Below are positions 49,632-58,032 of a DNA stretch of 64,000 nt, piece after piece. The stretch is from an uncultured Oscillospiraceae bacterium (GTDB lineage Bacteria > Bacillota > Clostridia > Oscillospirales > Oscillospiraceae): assembly GCA_910579595.1 (NCBI GenBank), contig CAJTVM010000001.1:2406-66405 (forward strand). The letters run 5' to 3'. The notes under the pieces are model-generated. The model was not told the DNA's origin and ran no database searches. It saw only the letters and a program-made list of their open reading frames with translations. The position numbers and the translations under genes were made by a program. Numbering within the stretch: position 1 is the first letter of the stretch; the number at the start of each line of letters is the position of its first letter.

Positions 49632-51472
49632 TACGCGTTCCCCCCTTTCTCTACCAGCGCGCGGTCATCGCTGCTCATCTGAATGTCATATATTTCCTTA
49701 TAAATGCCCGGACGGGCAATCAGCTCAGCGTGGGTGCCCACGTCCGCCACCCGTCCGCCGTCCAGCACCAGGATTTTGTCCGCCTGCATCAGCGTAGTCA
49801 CCCGGTGGGAGATGAGAATGACGGTGGCGTCCGCCATGCGCTCCTTCAGCGCGGCGCGGATCTTTGCGTCCGTCGACCCGTCCACGGCGGACAGGGAGTC
49901 GTCAAACACCATCACCGGCGCGTTTTGCAGCAGCATCCGGGCGATAGCCACCCGCTGCTTCTGCCCGCCGGACAGGGTGACGCCCCGCTCGCCCACCACC
50001 GTCTCGTAGCCGTTGGCCAGATCCGCGATGGCCTCGTCCACGCAGGCCACCCGGGCGCAGGCGCGAAGTTCCTCCTCGGAGGCGTCCGGCCGGGTGGCGG
50101 CGATGTTCTCCCGGATGGTCTGGGAAAACAGGAAGGGCTCCTGGAGCACCAGCCCCACCTGGCGGCGCAGCTCCTCCCGGGTGATATCCCGGATGTCCAC
50201 CCCGCCGATGGTGATGCTCCCCTGGCCCTCCCCCAAATCATAGAGGCGGTCCAGCAGGTGGACCAGGGTGGATTTGCCGGATCCGGTGCCGCCCAGGATG
50301 GCAAAGGTGCTCCCCCAGGGGATGGTAAAGGACACGTCCCGGAGCACCTCCTGGCCCTGGTAGCCAAAGGTGACATGGTCAAACGCGATATCCCCCGACA
50401 GCTTCAACTTTTGGGCGGAGGGGCGGTCGCCCTCCTCGGCGGCTTTGATGATATAGCCCACCCGATCCATGGCCACCCCGGCCTTGCTCATCTCGGACAG
50501 CACCCGGCCCAGGGACCGCACCGGCCAGGCCATGGCGCTGTTATAGAGGACGAATACCTGGAACTCGCCCAGGCTGATGGAGCCGTTTACCGCCGCCACC
50601 GTCCCGGCCACGATGACCGCCATAATCTGGAGACACACCAGGAACACGCCGGAGGCCCAGTACACGCTGAGCACCTTGCCCAGCTCCACCCACAGGGCGG
50701 AAAAGCGGTTGTTTTTCTGGGCAAAGCGGTCAATCTCATACCGCTCCCGGCCGAAGGCGCGCACCACCCGCACGCCGGTGAGGTTTTCCTGGGCGCAGGT
50801 GGTCATCTCGCCCTCCGCCTCGTCGGCCACCTTAAAGCGGGTGGAGATCTTGCCGTAAAACACCCCGGACGCCAGCCCCGTGATGGGGATAAAGGCCAGG
50901 GGCACCAGGGCCAGCCGCCAGTTCATCGCCAGCATGATGCCGGTGTACAGCGCGATGAGGAACACCGTGCGCAGCACCTCCATGAGCTGGTTGCAAACGA
51001 AGGTGCGGATCACCTCCACATCGGAGGTGCACCGCTGGATGATGTCGCCGGTGGCGTGGGCGGTGTGCCAATCGAAGCTCAGGCGCAGGATGTGGCTGTA
51101 AAGATCATCCCGGATCTTTTTCACAAAGCCCTCCGAGCCTTTGGCCAGATTGATGCGCATCCCGTAGATGCACACGCCCCGCACCGCCGCCGCCAGCGCC
51201 ACCCCCGCCGCCGCAATCCACAGTGCCCGGAGAGGGTCTGCCCGCAGCTCCTCCATGGGCAGCAGGCGCAGGACCACCGCGGGCAGCTCGGCCTCCTTGG
51301 CGTCCAGCACCGAGTCTACCGTCACCCGGATGATCTGGGGCATGACGGCGTTGCAGATAGTGTTCATGTATGCCAGGGCGATGGCCGCGATAAAAAAGCC
51401 CCAGTTCCCCCGCAGGTAACGCAGGATGATGCCGGTTTTTTCCCGCCCCGACAGCTTGATTTCCGTTTCCAT
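49631..51472 (-). CDS. Heterodimeric ABC exporter subunit with degenerate Walker B
   Basis: GGTGSGKST, LSGGQKQ, VFDDSLS (catalytic E replaced by D), ISHR. Confidence 0.95.
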   Translation of the reverse strand: METEIKLSGREKTGIILRYLRGNWGFFIAAIALAYMNTICNAVMPQIIRVTVDSVLDAKEAELPAVVLRLLPMEELRADPLRALWIAAAGVALAAAVRGVCIYGMRINLAKGSEGFVKKIRDDLYSHILRLSFDWHTAHATGDIIQRCTSDVEVIRTFVCNQLMEVLRTVFLIALYTGIMLAMNWRLALVPLAFIPITGLASGVFYGKISTRFKVADEAEGEMTTCAQENLTGVRVVRAFGRERYEIDRFAQKNNRFSALWVELGKVLSVYWASGVFLVCLQIMAVIVAGTVAAVNGSISLGEFQVFVLYNSAMAWPVRSLGRVLSEMSKAGVAMDRVGYIIKAAEEGDRPSAQKLKLSGDIAFDHVTFGYQGQEVLRDVSFTIPWGSTFAILGGTGSGKSTLVHLLDRLYDLGEGQGSITIGGVDIRDITREELRRQVGLVLQEPFLFSQTIRENIAATRPDASEEELRACARVACVDEAIADLANGYETVVGERGVTLSGGQKQRVAIARMLLQNAPVMVFDDSLSAVDGSTDAKIRAALKERMADATVILISHRVTTLMQADKILVLDGGRVADVGTHAELIARPGIYKEIYDIQMSSDDRALVEKGGNA

Positions 51473-51502
51473 TCAAATCCTCCTTCCACTTGTCCAGGGC
51501 GC

Positions 51503-51533
51503 AAAAAAGCGCCCCTCTGTCACAGAGGGACGC
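51503..51533 (-). terminator. Leader (attenuator) terminator upstream of the ABC exporter
   Basis: GCGTCCCTCTG-TGA-CAGAGGGGCGC-TTTTTT on the minus strand, ~30 nt before the start codon. Confidence 0.8.
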
Positions 51534-51561
51534 CGCAGCCCAAAATAGTCGGAATGGATGA

Positions 51562-51639
51562 TCAATCCATCCCAAAGGCGCACAAAAGTCCCCCAGGGTT
51601 CTGGTTCTTTCCAGTTGCCAGTGCAAAACGGATAAACAT
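51562..51639 (-). CDS. Putative leader peptide MFIRFALATGKNQNPGGLLCAFGMD (25 aa)
   Basis: Strong RBS AAAGGAGG; lies between the promoter and the leader terminator. Confidence 0.65.
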   Translation of the reverse strand: MFIRFALATGKNQNPGGLLCAFGMD

Positions 51640-51674
51640 AGTGTGCGCCTCCTTTCGTTGTATATTGCCAGCAC

Positions 51675-51703
51675 AGTATATTCCCTTTGCGGCGGGTTGT
51701 CAA
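51675..51703 (-). promoter_or_regulatory. SigA promoter of the ABC exporter operon
   Basis: TTGACA-N17-TATACT. Confidence 0.75.
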
Positions 51704-51790
51704 CCCCCTTTTTCCAAAAAGCAGGCGGCGGAGACGCCCCACAGGCACCTCCGCCGCGTACTTTCCCGAAAACGGGGAAGGATGAGCTTG

Positions 51791-51994
51791 TTACTTCAGG
51801 CCGTTCTCGTAGGCCTCGATCATCTTCTTGACCATCTGGCCGCCCACGGAGCCGGCCTGACGGCTGGTCAGGTCGCCGTTGTAGCCCTGCTTCAGGTTGA
51901 CGCCCACCTCATTGGCCGCCTCCATCTTGAACTTGTCCATAGCCTCACGGGCGCCGGGAACCACCAGACGGTTGGAATTATTCGTGTTAGACAT
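51791..51994 (-). CDS. Alpha/beta-type small acid-soluble spore protein
   Basis: LVVPGAREAMDKFKMEAANEVGV...GDLTSRQAGSVGGQMVKKMI. Confidence 0.96.
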   Translation of the reverse strand: MSNTNNSNRLVVPGAREAMDKFKMEAANEVGVNLKQGYNGDLTSRQAGSVGGQMVKKMIEAYENGLK

Positions 51995-52057
51995 ATCCTT
52001 ATTCTCCTTTTTTGAATCTCGGTTGTTGGTTTCTTTGTCGGATTGGGAATCCGAGCA

Positions 52058-52086
52058 TAGTTTGAGCCGTCCGGATTTTTATATGC
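52058..52086 (-). promoter_or_regulatory. SigG-like promoter of the SASP gene
   Basis: GCATA-N17-CAAACTA on the minus strand. Confidence 0.65.
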
Positions 52087-52250
52087 GGAGGTTTTGCTGG
52101 TAAGTTTAGGCTGGCCGCCAGATTGCTTGGCTCAAACGCAGGCAGAGTTTTTCGCAGCAAACCAGTTATTGTTTTCTCGCCCGCGCCCCGGCGTCATAAA
52201 GCCTGGATGGCCGCCCAGGTTGATTTACCAGCAAAAAATGTAAAAAACTG

Positions 52251-52279
52251 TTGAATAAAACGCGTGATTATGGTATCAT
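52251..52279 (+). promoter_or_regulatory. SigA-type promoter of the vWA-tubulin-GTPase operon
   Basis: TTGAAT-N17-TATCAT with extended TG and an A-rich upstream tract. Confidence 0.55.
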
Positions 52280-52310
52280 ATAAGCTATATGTGCACAAGA
52301 AAGGCGGGGC

Positions 52311-54455
52311 TTGGAAATGAGACGGCACAGACTGTTTCCGCGCATATTTGCGCAGCTTTTGATAATTATGGTGCTGCTGTCCTCGTTCGTCGCGCCGGCG
52401 GCGGCCTCTGCGGCAGTCTCCGGCAGCAATCGGTATAATGTGGTGGTGGTTTTGGACGCCAGCGGCTCCATGCTGTCCACCGACCCGAAGGGTTACCGCT
52501 TCCGGGCCATCGCCCAGTTTGTCAATCTGATGGCGGAGCAGGGTAATACCCTGGGCAGCGTGGTGTTCCACACCGATGTGGCGGCGGAGCAGCCCGTAAC
52601 CCAGACCACCGGGCAGGCGGACAAGGACGCTGCCATCCAGGCGCTGGAGAGCGTGCCCGCAGGCGGCTGGACCAACATCGGCGCGGGGCTTTCCAAGGCC
52701 GTGTCCATGCTGGAGGAGGGCGGCGATCCCAAACTGCCCTCCGTCATCCTGCTGCTCAGCGACGGCAGCTCCGCCATGGGCAGCGACGAGGAAACCCAGG
52801 CCAGCCTGGACATGAAGGCGGAGGCTTTGCAGGCCGCCCGGGAGAAGGACATCGCCATTTACAGCGTCTGCCTCAACGCGGATCGGACCGCCGACATCGC
52901 CGAGATGGAGAAGATCTCCGACGCCACGGGCGGCGAGTTCATGGAGGTTTCCGAGGCGGAGGATCTCCAGACCGTGTTCAACACCTTTTATGAGATGATG
53001 TACGGCACCATCCCCCTGGTCATTGACGACGTTCTGCCCGCTTCCGGAGTGCTGGAAACCAACTTCGACATCCCCGGCCTGGGCGTGGAGGAGGTCAACA
53101 TCATCGTCTATGGCAGCCCCAGCCGGCTCACCCTGGTCCGGCCCGACGGATCGGAGGGCAAGGCCGCGGTCAACACCTTTGACACCTTCACCATGATGAA
53201 ACTCACCGACATCATCCCCGGCACATGGACCCTGGTCACCGAGGGCGTCCCGGGGGACAGCGTGAAAATCAACATGATGTACAACACCAACCTGGGGATC
53301 GAGCTGAGCGTGGCCGGCGGACAGACCTTTGCCCCAGGCGACAAGGTAACGATCACCGCCCGGCTCACCGGAAACGGCATCCCCGCCTCCAACAGCCAGC
53401 AGTATACCGGCTATTCCGCCCAGCTCCTGATAATGGACGCCTTTGGCGATTACGTGGAAACCGTCCCCATGCAGGTGGTCAACGACCATTTTGAGGCCAG
53501 CCGCACCTTTGCCGAGGGCATATACTATTGCAAGGTAGCGGTCACCGGCAACCAGATTGAGAAGGAATCCGAGAGCGTAGGCCCCCTGACCTGCGCTGAA
53601 AACGGGGTGGGCGAGGACATTGAGGAAAACACGCCCCCCGTCCCCGTGAAGGACGTGGTGGAGGCCACGGTGAACATTTGGCCGGTGAAGGGCGGCAGCT
53701 ACACGCTGGATCTGAAAACCCTGGCCACCGACGCCGAGGACAGCGAGCTGCGCTACAAGATCACCTCCAGCTCCTTCATGGACGGCATCGACTACGACGT
53801 AGACCCCGATAGCATCCTCCGGATGGACCATTTCAGCCTCAGCAAGGGCGGCTTTACCGTCCAGGCCACCGACTCCGGCGGGCTCTCCTGCGAGATTGAG
53901 GTGGTGGTGCGCACCGTCAACATCACCGTGCTGGCGCTGATCAGCCTGGGCGCGGCGGTGCTGGTGGGTGTGACCGTGTTCCTGATCCTGCTGCGCATCG
54001 CCCTTAGCAAGCCCTTCCGGGGCACCATTTCCGCCCAATCCTACTGCAACGGGATGTTCCGGGGTACGCCCCGCCAGCCCAAGCGAGGCCGCTGCAAGCT
54101 GTCCGTGTTCGGCATGGACGATGTGGGGCTGAACTACCAGAAGTGCTATTTCCAGGCCAGCGGCCAGAATTACATTGAGCTTGTCACCAACGTGCCCATT
54201 ATCTGGAATGGGCAGGAGACGAAAAAGGTGCGCATCACCAGCGGCGCCCAGGTCACCATCACCATCCGGCGGGACGATCCCCGCCTGCTCTACGTCCGCT
54301 TTGACAGCCGCATCCCGCCCAGGCGGGCGCCCCGCGGACCCAAGCCCGGCCCGAAGCGTCCTCCCAAGCCCGGCCCCGGATCCAAGCGCCCCCCCAGCCC
54401 CGGATCAATGCCCGGACCCGGTTCCGCGCCCGGGGGCAGCACGGGATGGCGTTGA
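52311..54455 (+). CDS. Membrane-anchored vWA-domain protein
   Basis: Signal peptide; MIDAS DASGS, T (WTNIG), D (LLSDG); beta-rich stalk; one TM near the C-terminus; basic cytoplasmic domain; Pro/Gly/Lys tail. Confidence 0.9.
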   Translation: MEMRRHRLFPRIFAQLLIIMVLLSSFVAPAAASAAVSGSNRYNVVVVLDASGSMLSTDPKGYRFRAIAQFVNLMAEQGNTLGSVVFHTDVAAEQPVTQTTGQADKDAAIQALESVPAGGWTNIGAGLSKAVSMLEEGGDPKLPSVILLLSDGSSAMGSDEETQASLDMKAEALQAAREKDIAIYSVCLNADRTADIAEMEKISDATGGEFMEVSEAEDLQTVFNTFYEMMYGTIPLVIDDVLPASGVLETNFDIPGLGVEEVNIIVYGSPSRLTLVRPDGSEGKAAVNTFDTFTMMKLTDIIPGTWTLVTEGVPGDSVKINMMYNTNLGIELSVAGGQTFAPGDKVTITARLTGNGIPASNSQQYTGYSAQLLIMDAFGDYVETVPMQVVNDHFEASRTFAEGIYYCKVAVTGNQIEKESESVGPLTCAENGVGEDIEENTPPVPVKDVVEATVNIWPVKGGSYTLDLKTLATDAEDSELRYKITSSSFMDGIDYDVDPDSILRMDHFSLSKGGFTVQATDSGGLSCEIEVVVRTVNITVLALISLGAAVLVGVTVFLILLRIALSKPFRGTISAQSYCNGMFRGTPRQPKRGRCKLSVFGMDDVGLNYQKCYFQASGQNYIELVTNVPIIWNGQETKKVRITSGAQVTITIRRDDPRLLYVRFDSRIPPRRAPRGPKPGPKRPPKPGPGSKRPPSPGSMPGPGSAPGGSTGWR

Positions 54456-54501
54456 ACCCATCAGAATACACCCACTTCATTAAGTAGGAGGAGAAAAGAT
54501 T

Positions 54502-57500
54502 ATGGCTGTTTATTCCAAGCTGCTCCTGAGCGCCGGCGGCGGCATCGTTTCTTCCATGCAGCAGGCGGAGCAGGCGAGAAATACCGCAACACTCCTGATT
54601 GGCCTGGGCGGTACGGGCATCGACTGCCTGCGCACCATCAAAACCCAGGTCCGCTCCCGGCTGAGGCCGGACGATCCCGACGCCGTGGTGGCCAAATATG
54701 AGCATATCCGCTTTTTGGGCGTGGATACGGCGGAAAAGAGCAAGGGCAGCCAGGATGAAAATTTGGACGGCCTCAAGGCCGGTTCGGTGATGGCGCTGGA
54801 CGATACGGAGTGCTTCTCCATCGCCAACGCCCAGGTAAAGAAGGCGTTCACCAACCCCAAGAGCCTGTCCATGCGGGACGATCTGTCCTGGCTGTGCTGG
54901 GAGGACATCAAGGCCCCCGACCTGAGCACCGCCGGCGCCGGCGGCATCCGGCAGGTGGGCCGCTATATGATGATGGACAAGTCCAAGTCCTTCATGAACC
55001 GGGTGGAGCAGGAGATCAATGCCGCCAAGGCGGGCCTCAACGCTCCCACGGTAAACGTCCACATCTTCTCCGGCCTGAGCGGCGGCACCGGCTCCGGCTG
55101 CTTCCTGGACGTGTGCTATATGGTGCGCCATATCGCCAATAAGGTGGGGGGCATCACCATCTTCGGCTATTTCTTCCTGCCCGACGTCAATCTGTCCCGC
55201 ATCCCCTTCTCCGACAACAAGACCCGGGCGTTTATCCCGAAAAACGGCTACGCCGCCATGCAGGAGCTGGATTACTGTATGCAGCTTCAGTACAACGGCG
55301 GCAGCTTCACCCAGATGTACCAGGATCACACCGAGATCGTCTGGCACGATCCCCCGGTGGATATGTGCCACCTGGTGTGCGCCACCAACGCCAAGGGTGA
55401 CATCATCGAAAACGCCTACGACTATTCCATGAACGTCACGGCGGAGTACATCATGGACTTCCTGACCCACTCCGACAACAACTTCGGCCTGGATCAGCAG
55501 CTGTCCAATTTTGTCCAGAAGATCCTCCAGGGCGATGGCGAAAAGATCATCGGGGCCAACCTGGCCTACTGCGTCATCGGCGCATCCTGCGCCTGCCTCC
55601 CCCTGCGGGAGATCAACACCTACCTGGCTTCGGAGCTGTTCGGGAAATTTGCCCAGATCGGCCACAACATCCCCACCAAGGCGGATGTGGAGTGGCTGGC
55701 TACCAGCGCCCTGGCCCGCAACGCCCAGGGGCTGACCGACGTCTACAACACGCTGTACCAGGAGCTGTGCGCCGGCTTTGACAGCAGCTATGTCCCCTAC
55801 GCGGACGATTGGAAGTACGTGCGGGATTACGGCAACAGTGAACTGGTCACCTCCTACACCAACCAGACCGCCGCCAAGCTGAACACCGCCATCAAGAACA
55901 GCCGGAGCATGGTGTCTGCCGGCAACCAGCAGTCTCTCATCAACCGGGTACGGGCGCAGCTGGCCGAGGTCATCCGGGATATCGACCGGGGCCCCATCTT
56001 TGCCTATGGCCTGATCTCCGCGGCCCAGAGCCACAACCTGCTGAACATCATCGACGGGCTGATCCAGGAGAACAGCTCCCGCTGGGACCAGGAGTCCGCC
56101 CAGTCCGTCCTGCGCCAGTCAGATTACGAGAACGCCCGGGCCAATTTCGACAACCGCCGGAAGCGCAGCCTGTTTGACAGCGATCAGAACCGCTTCAACG
56201 ACTATGAGTACTATTTGCAGCTGCTGGAGCAGCACAAGCTGGCCCTGAGCTGCTATAAGGAGCTGGACGATGTTCTCAAGGTATTCCGCAAGCAGCTGGA
56301 GGATGTCACCGGCGCCTACTATATCAAGCTCAGCCGGGTGATGGACACCCTGATCGAGTCCTTCAAGGAGAACCGGGACGCCCTGGCCAGCCAGAAGATC
56401 ATGCAGGAGAAGGGCTTCGCCATCCCCATGATGACCATTGAGGAGCTGAAGGGCTCCCTGAATGTGGAAATCGAGAAGATCAACGTCAAAGGGATGCTCT
56501 ACCAGTTCATGAACCTGTTCCTGGATCACGAGGAAGCCTGGGTTACCGAGGACGAGAGCAAAATCGTCAAGCTGGTCAACTCCTTCTTTGTGGAAACCGC
56601 GTTCAGCGGCTTCGCCAACCGGACCATCACCTCCTTCCTCAAGGACAAGTACGGCATCGACAACGACGAGCAGCTGGCGGACAAGATCTATACCGATTGG
56701 ATGAAGCGCCTCACCGAGGGGGCCAGCCCGCTGTTCTACTTCAACAGCGAGGTGTGGCAGGAGTCCCAGACCGCCAAGCTGGCATTCCTGTCCTTCCCCG
56801 GCTCGTCCAATCCCATCAAGGCCGCCGCCGAGCAGATGTACACCGTGGATAATATGTGGCAGAAGAAGGAGAGCGCCCTCACCGACCGTATTTTTGTCAT
56901 GTGCAGCGCCTGCGCCCTGCCCCTGAGCGCCTACAACAACTGCGCGGAGTACGAACGGGCCTATTTCAGCAGCAAGAATCCCGGCTGCCATTACTATGAG
57001 GGCAAATCCTCCGACGGCATGGATTTCAACGACTGGCGCAGGATGTCCTCCCTGACGCCCCAGAGCCTGCTGCACCTCCAGGCCGCCCCGGAGCCTATGC
57101 AGGCGCTGATCACCTCCGCCCAGACCCTCTACGACGAGGCCAGCCGGATGGGCGTCTTTGACGATGACAACCGCATCTGCGCCCCCGATCCCGGCAAAGC
57201 GGAGCAGCTGAAGGCCCTGGCCCGGGAGGCCGCGGGGGCCGCTGCCCAGGCCGCCAAGCCCGCGGATCTGCCCGCCCTCCAGGACGCCTTGGAAAAACTG
57301 AAGAACGCGAAAGAGATTCCCATGGTTCCCACCGAGCACCGGATGCAGAACGACGGCTATGCCGCCAAACGGGAGATCAAGCTGAGCGTGCAGAAGGATC
57401 ACTTTGTCGCCGCTGCGCCTTACCACGAGGTGGTCCGGGGCATTCTCAAGCAGATGGACGAGTTGAAGGACGCCATCGACGGCGCCATCAGGACCGTCCA

Positions 57501-57939
57501 GGACCGGATTGACCGGATCGGCCAGGGGGGGCGGGCCATCCAGGACTACTGCGACGCGCTGTTTACCGGCGTGATCCATGTGGAGGGCCGGGTGCTGAGC
57601 TACCGCAAGGACAGCTTCAGCTCGGAAAAGGTACTCTCCAAGCGGGGCGCGGAGTTCCCGTTCAGCGTCATCCCCTTCTACCAGGGCTTCCTGAGCTACC
57701 AGACGCTTTTGACCGGCGAGGAAAAGGACGCCGCCCGAAAGAGCGTGGACGATCGCTACAACGCAGACTCCCCCGAGATCAAGGCCACCGGGACCGTGCT
57801 CAAGGACGAGTTCACAGACAACAAGGTCCAGGCGTGGATCATGAGCGCCGAGGCGTTCCCCGAGAAGGACGAGATCATGGAATTCCTCAAAACCCTCAAA
57901 AAGCAGTTCGACATCTTCAGGATGGAAAACGGGATTTGA
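54502..57939 (+). CDS. Tubulin/FtsZ-like GTPase (Tubulin_2 type) with long helical C-terminal extension
   Basis: IGLGGTG, FLGVDT, GAGGIRQVGR, signature SGLSGGTGSG, NGYAAMQELD. Confidence 0.9.
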   Translation: MAVYSKLLLSAGGGIVSSMQQAEQARNTATLLIGLGGTGIDCLRTIKTQVRSRLRPDDPDAVVAKYEHIRFLGVDTAEKSKGSQDENLDGLKAGSVMALDDTECFSIANAQVKKAFTNPKSLSMRDDLSWLCWEDIKAPDLSTAGAGGIRQVGRYMMMDKSKSFMNRVEQEINAAKAGLNAPTVNVHIFSGLSGGTGSGCFLDVCYMVRHIANKVGGITIFGYFFLPDVNLSRIPFSDNKTRAFIPKNGYAAMQELDYCMQLQYNGGSFTQMYQDHTEIVWHDPPVDMCHLVCATNAKGDIIENAYDYSMNVTAEYIMDFLTHSDNNFGLDQQLSNFVQKILQGDGEKIIGANLAYCVIGASCACLPLREINTYLASELFGKFAQIGHNIPTKADVEWLATSALARNAQGLTDVYNTLYQELCAGFDSSYVPYADDWKYVRDYGNSELVTSYTNQTAAKLNTAIKNSRSMVSAGNQQSLINRVRAQLAEVIRDIDRGPIFAYGLISAAQSHNLLNIIDGLIQENSSRWDQESAQSVLRQSDYENARANFDNRRKRSLFDSDQNRFNDYEYYLQLLEQHKLALSCYKELDDVLKVFRKQLEDVTGAYYIKLSRVMDTLIESFKENRDALASQKIMQEKGFAIPMMTIEELKGSLNVEIEKINVKGMLYQFMNLFLDHEEAWVTEDESKIVKLVNSFFVETAFSGFANRTITSFLKDKYGIDNDEQLADKIYTDWMKRLTEGASPLFYFNSEVWQESQTAKLAFLSFPGSSNPIKAAAEQMYTVDNMWQKKESALTDRIFVMCSACALPLSAYNNCAEYERAYFSSKNPGCHYYEGKSSDGMDFNDWRRMSSLTPQSLLHLQAAPEPMQALITSAQTLYDEASRMGVFDDDNRICAPDPGKAEQLKALAREAAGAAAQAAKPADLPALQDALEKLKNAKEIPMVPTEHRMQNDGYAAKREIKLSVQKDHFVAAAPYHEVVRGILKQMDELKDAIDGAIRTVQDRIDRIGQGGRAIQDYCDALFTGVIHVEGRVLSYRKDSFSSEKVLSKRGAEFPFSVIPFYQGFLSYQTLLTGEEKDAARKSVDDRYNADSPEIKATGTVLKDEFTDNKVQAWIMSAEAFPEKDEIMEFLKTLKKQFDIFRMENGI

Positions 57940-57972
57940 TACCCGCGTATCCGCGGCGGAATGATACCACAA

Positions 57973-58006
57973 GCAGCGGAGCCGTGAATCCCACCGGCTC
58001 CGCTGC
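57973..58006 (+). other. Intra-operon stem-loop without U tract
   Basis: GCAGCGGAGCCG/CGGCTCCGCTGC 12-bp stem. Confidence 0.6.
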
Positions 58007-58032
58007 CTACTTTAGACTGCGAGGTCCTTGCC

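Noticed and set aside
54502..57939. Calling this gene ftsZ
   Set aside because: Far too long, lacks FtsZ-specific motifs (NTD, GAGANPEVG, INLDFAD) and has no dcw context
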